A stretch of DNA of 64,000 nt. It comes from Gemmatimonadota bacterium (GTDB taxonomy: Bacteria; Gemmatimonadota; Gemmatimonadetes; Longimicrobiales; Gaopeijiaceae). Under the pieces are notes generated by a model. It was not told the origin of the DNA. It saw only the letters and a program-made list of their open reading frames with translations, and ran no database searches. The DNA is taken from the NCBI GenBank assembly GCA_041390105.1, contig JAWKQO010000004.1, forward strand, positions 64,158 through 128,157, given 5' to 3'. The position numbers and the translations under genes are program-made. Positions within the stretch are counted from its first letter, which is position 1, and each line of letters starts with the position of its first letter. This document shows, in pieces, positions 17,984 through 27,149 of this stretch.

Positions 17984-18595
17984 TCAGGGAACGCGCAGCC
18001 TTGCACGAATCCGCGCCAGCGTGGCAGGACCCACGCCCGGCACCGCCAACAGGTCGTCCACCGAGGCGAAGCCCCCCCGTTCCTCTCGTGTCGCGAGAAT
18101 GCGACGGGCCAGAGCGGGCCCGATCCCTGGCAGGGCCTCCAGGTCAGCGGCGGTCGCCCGGGCCAGGCTGACGACCGCTTCGGTTCCAGGCACCGGCGGC
18201 GCCAGGGGCCGGCTCGGCGGCACGCCACGGACCTCGATATGGGGCCGAAGACGCTCGAGCGTGGCCGGGCCCACGCCTCGCACCCGCGCCAGCGCCTCCA
18301 CGGTAGCGAACGGGCCACCCCGCTCCCGCTCTGCGATGATGGCGCGTGCGAGGCCGGGGCCAACACGCGGAAGTCGATCGAGCTCCTCTTCGCCGGCTCG
18401 GTTCACATCGAGGAGCTCTCCGTCCTCGATCGGGCGGGTGCGGCGCTCCTGGTCCGCGACCGCGCTGTCGGTCGCGGTCAGCAGCGAATCGAGCGCTCCT
18501 GCTTCAGGATCGAGGAGAAGCGGAGCCGCCGGTGTCCAGGACAAGGCCAGGCGAACGGCTCCCAGGGCCAGAAGGAAAGCGACCAGGCGCCGCAT
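17984..18595 (-). CDS. comEA: ComEA-like DNA-binding protein with two tandem helix-hairpin-helix modules
   Basis: Start ATG 18595 gives MRRLVAFLLALGAVRLALS, a signal or anchor. Module 1 is LLDVNRAGEEELDRLPRVGPGLARAIIAERERGGPFATVEALARVRGVGPATLERL. Module 2 is ARATAADLEALPGIGPALARRILATREERGGFASVDDLLAVPGVGPATLARI. Confidence 0.85.
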   Translation of the reverse strand: MRRLVAFLLALGAVRLALSWTPAAPLLLDPEAGALDSLLTATDSAVADQERRTRPIEDGELLDVNRAGEEELDRLPRVGPGLARAIIAERERGGPFATVEALARVRGVGPATLERLRPHIEVRGVPPSRPLAPPVPGTEAVVSLARATAADLEALPGIGPALARRILATREERGGFASVDDLLAVPGVGPATLARIRARLRVP

Positions 18596-18748
18596 GGCGT
18601 GGATCTCGTGTTCTCCCACGGAGAGAAGCTGTCGGCGCCACCGGGGCTGCCCCATGGGCGGGCAGGCCGAGCTGGGGTCCCGAGCGGGACGTCCTCGGAG
18701 CATCCGCGCCCCCCTGGGCGCCGAGCACCCCACCTGCGCAGAGCTTCC

Positions 18749-21700
18749 CTAGCGGAAGGCGTCTCCGGCAAAGAGGCGCGCCTGGGCCTGAAACTGCCCG
18801 AACAGGATGAGCTGGAACTGGGTCGAGCCGCTGCGCTGCCCGACGAACGAACGCCGGTCCACGTAGGCGAACTCCAGTCCAAGGTCGAGGTCCTGGACGG
18901 AGGAATCCAGCGTCAGGCTGAGGGAGCGGTTCAACTGGTCCACGAACGGGACGCAGTCCAGGCCCCCGATCACGGTACGGCACTCCTCCTGCCGCGAGTA
19001 GGTGGCTCGCAGCGACACCGCGACCGGTCGGATGAGGCGCTCCGCCAGCCCCCACGGTGGCACGAACGACGAGGTTACGGCGAGGCTGTGCAGTTGCCCA
19101 TCCCGATCGGTGCGTCCGGTGGGGTCCGTTCCGTTGCCTCCGTCGAAGGAACCGCGGTAGGTGGTGTTCAGGATCCCCGCCCAGGCGACCGACGCATCGA
19201 GCGGGACCCGCACGTCGTCCTGACGCCGACGCTCCTCGGAGGCTCCGCCGAAGGACCGATCGGTCACGCGGCGTGCGTAGCCACCCGATAGCGTGACGCG
19301 ACTGAGCAGGGGGCGGACCCGCTCAGGAACGGGAAGGTCAGCGAACGAGACCCGCACATTCGGCCAGGTGCGGTCCTCCCGGGTCCGATCGGACCGCGTG
19401 TCGAACGTGGCGGTGGTCGCCTGCTGGAAGTCGGCCGCCACCGAAAGCGACGCGGGCAGCTGCAGCCCCCCACCCAGCGTGAACGTGGAGCGATCGGCGA
19501 GGAACGCCGCCGTGTCGCCTGCCAGGAAACGGTACCCATCGATCCCGATCCAGCCGAGTTGGTAGGCCAAGCCGGGATCCACCGCTTCGCGGTTGAGTCG
19601 CACGTTGATCCCGTCTTGCCAGGAGGCAACCACTGGCGACAGGGCCTGGAGCGCCCGCCGGATCCACGGCGCGGTGCCTTCGGACCCGGCGAAGCGCGGA
19701 GCCAAGCGGGCAGGGTCGATCGACGCTCGGGCCTGGATCGAACGGCGTCCATCCACGTTGCGCTGCAGCGCCGGAGCAGGGTCAGCCGGGTCGGTGCGCC
19801 GGCGCACGAGGTTGGCGTCGCGGTAGGACCCGTACGTCGTGTTGAACTCGACGCCGCCCCTCAGCCAATCACTCAGCTCGGGCTGATAGGAGAAGCGCGT
19901 GGTGAGCTGGCGCGTGGTCTCCCACCCCAGATCCATGCCGAGCAGGGAGCTGCGCTCCCGCGCCAGCAATTGCTGGACGGCCATCTCACCGACGACCTCG
20001 GAGGGATCCAACAGGTCGCGCCCCGTCAGCCAATCGAGTCCGGCCCGCAACGACGGCAGGGGCTCGAAGGCAAGGTTGGCCCGCGTTTCCAGACGAGAGC
20101 GGGGTGCCTGCGTCGTCCCCTGCGCCGAGTCCCCGGGCTGCACAAGGATCTGGTCGAAGCGACGGATGTCGCTGTCGTCCCCCTCGTACGCGAGGCTCAA
20201 CGCCAGGCGCGTGGGCGACCAACGCACGTCGGCCTCGAGCAGGGACGCGGCCCAGGCATCGGGCAGCAGCGCCAGCACGGTGCCTTCCATGAAGCCGGGC
20301 ACGACAGACGTGGTCCGCGCGGAGGGCTCCGCGTGGAAGCCCACGCGCGCGTCTACCGATTGGGCGCTTCGAGTCGTCGTTACGGTCGTCAGATCCGCAG
20401 TGGTCAACCCTACATTCGCCTCCAGCCCTTCAAGCAACGGCCCGTACCACCCCTGCTCCATCGGCGTCGACTTGCGGAAGGAGAGGCCGATGCGGGTGCT
20501 GCCGTCGGCGGGCCGGCGCAGCCCGGCCAGCTGGTCGGCCCGCAGGTCGCTTCCTCCGAGGAAGCGCGGATCGTCCCCAGTTCGGGTATGGGTGACGGAG
20601 AACGGCACATCGACACCCCAGGTGTCGGGGACGAAACGGTCCAGCTGGACGGTGCTGCGCAGCGAGAAGGTCGACCGGTCGAAGTACTCGGGCTCGTCGC
20701 GCAGCTGCCGAAAGAACGGATTGCGGTTCGAGAAGGTCAACGTGGTGGTGAACACGCCCCCGGCGTCGAGGGCGACCTCCAGATGACTGGCCACGCCCGC
20801 GGTACGCACCGCGCGGGAGAGACGCAGCTCGTCGATCCAGACCTCCCCGCTGATCGGGAGCTGTCCCTCGTTGGCGACCCCCATCGAGATCTCCCGCACG
20901 GCCGCCAGCACAGGCGCGCGTGCACGATCCTGCAGCACGACAGCGTAGGTCGAATCCGCATTCCAGAACTCCAGCGGCGCTCCCGTCACGGCGGACGGAT
21001 TCTCGATGAGGAACGCTTCGGCCCGCTGGCGCAGGTCGATCCACTCGTTGAAATCGATGAGGAGTTCGGGAAGCCAGTCCGTGGGATGCACACCCGACGT
21101 GGACGCGGCGCGAGGAAGCTTGGTACGGAAGAGATAGAAGTTGTCGGCGTCGGACCCCACCTTGAGGAACAACCAGGTCGGTACGTTGGCCCCCCACTCG
21201 CCGCTGGGAGCGACGGCCCAGAGGCGGGCCTGTCGGTAGGTGAAGAAGTTCCGGGGGCGCTGGGGAAAACGCTGAACCACTTCCGCGCGGGCGCCGGGCT
21301 GCACGTCTTCGAAACGCAGGCTCAGGGAGCGTTCCGAGAATTCGACGCCCTGCCCGCTCAGTCCGGTGGTGGGATTGTCCAACTGCTCGAGCACGCCCGG
21401 CGGTGGGTTGTAGCCGTCACCTGCAGACACCCTGCTGGCGGTGCTCACCGCCAGGGAGCCGCTTCCGCTGAGGTCGTCGCCGGCCAGTCCGTCGAGCACC
21501 CCCTCCAGTCCGCGTTTCACCCACCGGGAGCCCACGATGCGCGGGCGAGCCAGAACCAGCGGCGCCGGGCGCCGTCCGGCGAACGTCAGGCGAAGATGCT
21601 TCACGCCGCGCCAGTCGGCCTCGGTGAACAGGCCACCCGGGTTGATCGCATCCGGTGTGCGCAACGGAATGCGGTAGAGCCGGAACGCCGTCCCGGTCTC

Positions 21701-24496
21701 GGAAGCGGACCGGACCAAGAACGGAGAATTCCCGGCCAAGGGCACGACGTAGCGGATGAAACGCTCCAGGGTGTCCAGGTTTCCGTCGCCATCGAGGTCC
21801 TCGGAATCGACACGCCCGTTTCCAGCGGTGCAGACGGCGGAGGGATCGCCCACCCGGTAGATGGCGCCGCGCTCTCCTCGACACCCCTCGCCCCAAACGC
21901 CGAACTCGTCGAGCCCGTCCGACCAGATCTCGCCTCGCGAGGGATCGGCTTCCTGGTCGAGCCGCCCCAATCCCCAGCTCCTCCCGTTCGGTTTCACCCC
22001 GGACGTCGCCCCGACCGAATCGATGAACATGGCATCCTCGGACACCACGCCAAGGTCGATGATCACCGTCAGCGAATCGCCGTCGGCCACATAGAACTCG
22101 AGATACTCGGAGCGGGAGAGATCGACACCCGTGGGGCTGAGCGAGGTGGTCATCGAACGCCAGCGCGTCTCGGAGAAGGCGGCCTGCTGGCCCGCGCCGA
22201 AGCCGACCCGCAGGGCACTCTCCCGAGTGGGGCTACCCACCACCGTGAGCTGCCCGTCGATCTCCTGGGGGAGGAAGCCCTCGAACACGCTGGTGCTGTC
22301 CTCACCCGCTTGGGGCGTGCGCCACGTGTGCTGCCAGACCAGCGCGGCCGCCTCGTCCGCACCCAGGAAGGCAGGAAGCTCCTGCTCCGCTCCGTCCCGA
22401 ACCGAGGGTGCGCTTCCCAGTCGCCACAACGACGAGAAGCGAGGGATGGGGAACTCACTGGAGGTGTCGAAGTCGTCGAGGAAGACGTCTCGTTGCGTGT
22501 TCGGGTTGGGCAGAGAGAACGCCAGCTCCCCGTTCACGCGCAAGCTGGAGGGGCGGGTCGGCGAGACCGGCAGGTTGGCCACCGCACGGTCCAGCCACGC
22601 GGCGGGCAGCACCACGTCGGCGTTGACCCCGCCCAGCCAGATCGCGGACGACTCCACGCCGAGCTGGGGCCTGCGCACCAGGTCGCGCTCGAACTGATAC
22701 ATGCCCAGGAGACTGACCCGTCCTCCGGGCCCCAGGTCGTAGTCCACCCCCATTCCCAGGATCGTGGTCGGGGCGATCTCGAAAAGAGACTTCTGTTCCC
22801 AGGTCGCGCTCAGGCTTTCGCGCGGAAAGCGGGCGAACAGCCCCCCGGGGTCGAGCAGCGTGACGCTTCCGATGTCGTAGTCGATCAGATAATCCACGCC
22901 GGGGCGCAGCCGGTAGTCGCCCAGCATCAGGCGCTCCGAGCCGTCGCGGATGCCGAAGGCGCCCAAGGAAAACGTGCCCAGCGAACCCTCGCTCTGCACC
23001 GTGAACTCGAGGTTCAGCCGAAACAGCCCCGCACTGCGCCGCTCCAACGGGTCCGGCTCGTCGTAGATCGCCGGATTGGCCAGCCCTCCCAACAGGGCCG
23101 CCGTCTGGGAAGCATCCAGGCCGAAGGCCGGAAGCGCCGGAGGCTGCGCGAAGGGACGCAGCGTGGGGAACACGAGGTAGGTTCCGGGCACCTGTGGGAC
23201 ATCTCCCACCGACTCGTCGGCGGGCCGGTAGATCACGGACCCGTCCACCTGATCCACCGGCGACTGACTGTCGACCCCGAAAAGCCTCAAGTAGGAGAAC
23301 TCGCCCGGCGCCCCGCGGGTGAAAGTCCTGCCTCCGCTCAGCTCGCCCACGGAGATGTCGAGGTCGATGGAGGACGGGTCGACGTCCGAAGCGGCCGAGA
23401 CCCGGTAGATCTGCCTCATTTCCAGCTCCCAGGTCGGGCGCCCGGGCTGGTGGTTGGGGCTGGTGGCCCGCAGGAGCCGCAGCTGGGGCCGGCCACCCAG
23501 TGTGTAGATGCGCTCCGGGTTGTAGTCGCCGATGGTATCGCCGCTGGCGGCGATGTAGGTCACAGCCAGCATCTCGCCCGCCAGCAGGGGCCGACGCAGG
23601 CCGACCCACAGGCCGCTCGGGTGCACGAAGTAATCGATGTCCGGCGAGAGACTGCGGAACCAGCCCGACTCGGTCACGACGTCCCCGCCCCGCTCCAGGG
23701 TGGCATCCGCCTGGATGAAGCCCTGCACCTGCTGGCGCACGACGGGCTCGGCCTCGAAGCGGTAGAGCTGGATGGGCGCTGTCCCGGGCGCCTCTTGGGG
23801 CGGGGCATCCGCCGGAGTGAGTGCCAGGACGTCGACGTGCGGGTAGCCCTGCAGCCGGGCAGGATCGAGCAGGAAGAAGAATTGGCCGTCCACATAGTCG
23901 GCGTCGTCGATCACGAGCGTGTCTCGGCGCAGAAAGCCCTCGGCGGCGCCCAGCGCGGCCGGCCGGAACTCGGTTCGCTCGACATCCCCTTGCTGCTGTG
24001 CGAAGACGGTCTGGAACGAGAGCGGCCCGGCCCGGCCCGTGGCTCGGATCCCCAGATTGGCGGCCGGGATCGACTGGGTGAGGAAGCGGGATTCGGGAAG
24101 CTCGAAGCTGACGTCCCCCAGCTCGATGCGCTGGAGGAATTCCCCAGGCCGCCCCTGGTAGTAGAGGTTGAGGGTGTTGGCCGCGGAGAATTCGCGGGCC
24201 TGCTCATAGTCGACGTTGACGTAGAAGCGATCGAAGATGCTCCCGCCCGCCTCCAGCCCGAACTGCAATTCAGGAGTGATCCGGGGGAGCAGCCCTGCTT
24301 CGCAGGATTCCTGGATGGCCACGTCACAGGGTCGGAAGCGCGTCCAATCGCCTCCGAGCTCTCCCCGCCCCCTGAACCGGACCTGGAGACCCTCGACGCC
24401 CGGGACCGTGTCCGCGGGTACGGGCGCCTGCCCGGAGAGCGGCGGCGCGACGGCCAGCGCGAGGACGGCCCCCCACAGGACCCGCCTGCCTCTCAC
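18749..24496 (-). CDS. sprA: SprA-like giant outer-membrane protein (T9SS translocon family)
   Basis: About 1915 aa from GTG 24496 (VRGRRVLWGAVLALAVAPPLSGQ, a signal peptide). The N-terminal block VNVDYEQAREFSAANTLNLYYQGRPGEFLQRIELGDVSFELPESRFLTQSIPAANLGIRATGRAGPLSFQTVFAQQQGD aligns from memory to the conserved SprA block ...NFDTNNTFDFQNNLKLEYTG.EDEIIKKIE.GNVS.PL.SSLI.GSQ.LFG.KTQLQFG...VT.V.S.Q... The rest is beta-rich. Confidence 0.75.
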   Translation of the reverse strand: MRGRRVLWGAVLALAVAPPLSGQAPVPADTVPGVEGLQVRFRGRGELGGDWTRFRPCDVAIQESCEAGLLPRITPELQFGLEAGGSIFDRFYVNVDYEQAREFSAANTLNLYYQGRPGEFLQRIELGDVSFELPESRFLTQSIPAANLGIRATGRAGPLSFQTVFAQQQGDVERTEFRPAALGAAEGFLRRDTLVIDDADYVDGQFFFLLDPARLQGYPHVDVLALTPADAPPQEAPGTAPIQLYRFEAEPVVRQQVQGFIQADATLERGGDVVTESGWFRSLSPDIDYFVHPSGLWVGLRRPLLAGEMLAVTYIAASGDTIGDYNPERIYTLGGRPQLRLLRATSPNHQPGRPTWELEMRQIYRVSAASDVDPSSIDLDISVGELSGGRTFTRGAPGEFSYLRLFGVDSQSPVDQVDGSVIYRPADESVGDVPQVPGTYLVFPTLRPFAQPPALPAFGLDASQTAALLGGLANPAIYDEPDPLERRSAGLFRLNLEFTVQSEGSLGTFSLGAFGIRDGSERLMLGDYRLRPGVDYLIDYDIGSVTLLDPGGLFARFPRESLSATWEQKSLFEIAPTTILGMGVDYDLGPGGRVSLLGMYQFERDLVRRPQLGVESSAIWLGGVNADVVLPAAWLDRAVANLPVSPTRPSSLRVNGELAFSLPNPNTQRDVFLDDFDTSSEFPIPRFSSLWRLGSAPSVRDGAEQELPAFLGADEAAALVWQHTWRTPQAGEDSTSVFEGFLPQEIDGQLTVVGSPTRESALRVGFGAGQQAAFSETRWRSMTTSLSPTGVDLSRSEYLEFYVADGDSLTVIIDLGVVSEDAMFIDSVGATSGVKPNGRSWGLGRLDQEADPSRGEIWSDGLDEFGVWGEGCRGERGAIYRVGDPSAVCTAGNGRVDSEDLDGDGNLDTLERFIRYVVPLAGNSPFLVRSASETGTAFRLYRIPLRTPDAINPGGLFTEADWRGVKHLRLTFAGRRPAPLVLARPRIVGSRWVKRGLEGVLDGLAGDDLSGSGSLAVSTASRVSAGDGYNPPPGVLEQLDNPTTGLSGQGVEFSERSLSLRFEDVQPGARAEVVQRFPQRPRNFFTYRQARLWAVAPSGEWGANVPTWLFLKVGSDADNFYLFRTKLPRAASTSGVHPTDWLPELLIDFNEWIDLRQRAEAFLIENPSAVTGAPLEFWNADSTYAVVLQDRARAPVLAAVREISMGVANEGQLPISGEVWIDELRLSRAVRTAGVASHLEVALDAGGVFTTTLTFSNRNPFFRQLRDEPEYFDRSTFSLRSTVQLDRFVPDTWGVDVPFSVTHTRTGDDPRFLGGSDLRADQLAGLRRPADGSTRIGLSFRKSTPMEQGWYGPLLEGLEANVGLTTADLTTVTTTRSAQSVDARVGFHAEPSARTTSVVPGFMEGTVLALLPDAWAASLLEADVRWSPTRLALSLAYEGDDSDIRRFDQILVQPGDSAQGTTQAPRSRLETRANLAFEPLPSLRAGLDWLTGRDLLDPSEVVGEMAVQQLLARERSSLLGMDLGWETTRQLTTRFSYQPELSDWLRGGVEFNTTYGSYRDANLVRRRTDPADPAPALQRNVDGRRSIQARASIDPARLAPRFAGSEGTAPWIRRALQALSPVVASWQDGINVRLNREAVDPGLAYQLGWIGIDGYRFLAGDTAAFLADRSTFTLGGGLQLPASLSVAADFQQATTATFDTRSDRTREDRTWPNVRVSFADLPVPERVRPLLSRVTLSGGYARRVTDRSFGGASEERRRQDDVRVPLDASVAWAGILNTTYRGSFDGGNGTDPTGRTDRDGQLHSLAVTSSFVPPWGLAERLIRPVAVSLRATYSRQEECRTVIGGLDCVPFVDQLNRSLSLTLDSSVQDLDLGLEFAYVDRRSFVGQRSGSTQFQLILFGQFQAQARLFAGDAFR

Positions 24497-24612
24497 CGGC
24501 TCGGATCCTGCGTTCCCTGGGTCCGACCAGGGGATCGGGTCGCGCTGCCCGGTGTAGACCGGGCCAGCCCGGTACCCGTCGAGCGGCCTGCCCCGACCCG
24601 AACAGAGACCCC

Positions 24613-26055
24613 ATGGGCATCCTGACACGCTATCTGGCTCGATCTCATGTGGGCCCGTTCCTGTTCGCGCTGGGGGCGCTGACCGGACTGCTGTTCCTCA
24701 ACGCCGTGGCCCAACGACTCAACCTCCTGGTGGGCAAGGGGCTGGGGTGGGGCATCATCGGGGAGTTCCTTCTCCTTTCCCTGCCCCATACCGTGGCGTT
24801 GACCCTGCCCATGGCGGTGCTCATCGCTGTTCTCTATACGTTCGCCGACCTGACCGGGGCCAGCGAGGTCACCGCCATGCGCGCCGGGGGGGTCCCCCCG
24901 TCCCGCCTGTTGGTCCCCATGCTGGTCCTGGGCGGGATCGCTGGCCTGACCACCTACTACTTCAACGATCAAATCCTGCCCGAAGCGAACCATCGGCTCA
25001 AGACGCTGATGATCGACATCGCCAACAAGAGCCCCACCTTCGAGCTCCGCGACCAGGTGGTCAACGCGATCGAGACGACGGAGTTGGGCACCGTCTCCTA
25101 CTACCTGCAAGCGACCGAGATCGACCAGGCCACCAACGGGCTGCGGGACGTGACCATCTTCGACGTCACCGACCCCCGCCGCCACCGCACCATCTACGCC
25201 GACCGTGGCGAGATGGCCTTCAACGAGGCGCGGACCGACCTTTACCTCACCCTCCATGAGGGCGTCGTCTTCGAAACGGACGAGGATCGGCCTGGCAGCT
25301 TGATGCGGACCGGGTTCGCGACCCAGGTGATCCCCCTGCGAGGCGTGGGGGACCTGCTGGAGCGGGAGGACGAGCAGACCAGCCGCAGCGACCGGGAGAT
25401 GTCGGTCTCCATGCTCATGGCGGAGGCCGCCAACTATCGCGCCCAACAGGTGGACGCCTCCGAAGAGGCCCGTGAGGAATCCCTGACCGCCGTACGAAAA
25501 GCCCTGGGGCTCCCGCTGGACGCCGATTCATTGCTGCCGCAGGATACGGCCCGAGCGGACGCAGCCATCACACAGGCCGCGTTCCTCCAGGAGGAGATCC
25601 CCGACGACGGGATGACCCGCGGCACGACAGTGAGCATCCGGACGAGCAAGGCCCGTTGGGAGATCGCCCGCGACAACCGCTCGCGCTATTGGGTCGAGAT
25701 CCACAAGAAGTTCGCGATCTCGACCGCCTGCCTCGTCTTCGTGCTGCTCGGCGTCCCGTTTGCCATTCGCTTTCCCCGCGGAGGCGTGGGGATGGTGATC
25801 TCCGCATCCGTGGGGATCTTCGGCGTCTATTGGACCGGCCTCATCGGGGGCGAGAACCTGGCGGACCGGGGCCTCGTCTCGCCGTTCTGGGCCATGTGGG
25901 GTCCCAATCTCATCTTCGGCTTCTTCGCCGTGATCCTGGTCCGTCGCATGGGCCGGGAGACGGCCAGCATGCGGGGGGGCGGTTGGGACGACCTGCTGCA
26001 TTCGCTCAAGGGGTGGCTGCGCCACCCCTTCGGAGGACGGGAGCGGACGGCGTGA
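24613..26055 (+). CDS. LptF/LptG (YjgP/YjgQ) family permease
   Basis: MGILTRYLARSHVGPFLFALGALTGLLFLN..., then a large periplasmic loop and C-terminal TM helices (KFAISTACLVFVLLGVPFAIRFPRGG). Divergent from sprA across a 116-bp gap. Confidence 0.8.
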   Translation: MGILTRYLARSHVGPFLFALGALTGLLFLNAVAQRLNLLVGKGLGWGIIGEFLLLSLPHTVALTLPMAVLIAVLYTFADLTGASEVTAMRAGGVPPSRLLVPMLVLGGIAGLTTYYFNDQILPEANHRLKTLMIDIANKSPTFELRDQVVNAIETTELGTVSYYLQATEIDQATNGLRDVTIFDVTDPRRHRTIYADRGEMAFNEARTDLYLTLHEGVVFETDEDRPGSLMRTGFATQVIPLRGVGDLLEREDEQTSRSDREMSVSMLMAEAANYRAQQVDASEEAREESLTAVRKALGLPLDADSLLPQDTARADAAITQAAFLQEEIPDDGMTRGTTVSIRTSKARWEIARDNRSRYWVEIHKKFAISTACLVFVLLGVPFAIRFPRGGVGMVISASVGIFGVYWTGLIGGENLADRGLVSPFWAMWGPNLIFGFFAVILVRRMGRETASMRGGGWDDLLHSLKGWLRHPFGGRERTA

Positions 26056-27122
26056 GGATCCTCGACCGCTTCGTGGCGCGGAGCTTCCTCAAGCTCTTTC
26101 TCGCGTTCGTGATCGGAGCGCCCCTGCTCTTCTTGATCGGGGACCTCACCGAGCACGTCGACCGCTACCTGGCCAGGGGGGTCACGCCCGGCGAGATGGT
26201 GCTGGCGTACGTCTATCAGTTCCCGCAGTACATGCTCTGGTCCTTCCCCATCGCGGGTCTGATCGCGGCGGTCTTCACCGTCCAGGCCATGACGGCCCAC
26301 CACGAAGTGGTCGCCGCCAAGGCCGGCGGGATCTCCTTCCACCGCCTGGTGGTCCCCATTGTCCTGCTGGGCCTCCTGCTGACCGGCGTGGGGGTGGGGC
26401 TCACCGAGCTGGTTCCCCGCACCACCCGTCGGGCCGCCGAGCTCTTCCGGGAGCGCGAGGTGCGCCGCGATTGGCGCACCAACTTCGTCTATCAGACCGA
26501 GGACGGCCTCAGCATCACAGTGGCGCGCCTCTCCCTCCCGGAGCGGACGCTGCAGGAGGTGGCCCTGGAACGGGAGGCTGCGGATGGAGAAGGGCTGGAC
26601 TACTACCTCATCGCCGACCGGGCGGCCTGGAGCGACGAGGAGGGCTGGACCTTCCACAAGGGGTACGTGCGCCACTTCCTGCCCGAAGGCATCGAACGCG
26701 CCTACGCGTTCGACCAGTACCGCACACGTCTGTTCAGCGAGCCGCCCAACCAGCTCCTCGAAGACCCCCCGGACGAGGAGCAGATGACCTACGCCGAGAT
26801 GGGCAGGATGATCGAGACCATCCGCCGTTCCGGTGGCAATCCCGTTCCCCTGCGCGTCAACCAGGAGCAGAAGCTCGCCATCCCGGCGGCCACCCTGGTC
26901 GTGATCCTGTTCGGCTTGCCGCTCGCCACCAGCTCCAAACGCGGTGGCGCATCCTTCGGGGTCGGCGTCTCCCTGGCGTCCACGATCTTCTACATGGTGT
27001 TCCTGCGCATGGCGGGCGCCATCGGGGAGAGCGGTGGGCTCCAGCCCCTGCTGGCCGCCTGGTTGCCCAACCTGGCGTTCCTGGCCGCCGGAGCATTCCT
27101 CTTCAGTCGAGTGCGCACCTGA
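26052..27122 (+). CDS. LptF/LptG (YjgP/YjgQ) family permease, second subunit
   Basis: GTG 26052 overlaps the previous stop as GTGA. VRILDRFVARSFLKLFLAFVIGAPLLFLIGDL...KLAIPAATLVVILFGLPLATSSKRGG. Confidence 0.8.
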   Translation: MRILDRFVARSFLKLFLAFVIGAPLLFLIGDLTEHVDRYLARGVTPGEMVLAYVYQFPQYMLWSFPIAGLIAAVFTVQAMTAHHEVVAAKAGGISFHRLVVPIVLLGLLLTGVGVGLTELVPRTTRRAAELFREREVRRDWRTNFVYQTEDGLSITVARLSLPERTLQEVALEREAADGEGLDYYLIADRAAWSDEEGWTFHKGYVRHFLPEGIERAYAFDQYRTRLFSEPPNQLLEDPPDEEQMTYAEMGRMIETIRRSGGNPVPLRVNQEQKLAIPAATLVVILFGLPLATSSKRGGASFGVGVSLASTIFYMVFLRMAGAIGESGGLQPLLAAWLPNLAFLAAGAFLFSRVRT

Positions 27123-27149
27123 CGGGGACGCCGCTCCACCGCACCGCAG

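Noticed and set aside
16075-18366. 763-aa version of the pilB ORF, and similar long N-terminal extensions (27282-30929, 25656-27122, 34789-36792, 54518-56755, 58942-61800, 42259-44547)
   Set aside because: The extensions overlap upstream genes, lack family similarity and are R/P/G-rich. Internal starts with Shine-Dalgarno sequences or signal peptides give family-typical lengths.
19559-24625. 1688-aa ORF on the plus strand, antisense to sprA
   Set aside because: Its composition is dominated by R/G/P/A with no recognisable motifs. Long stop-free antisense frames are expected at about 70% GC. The minus-strand frame carries the SprA signature and a signal peptide.
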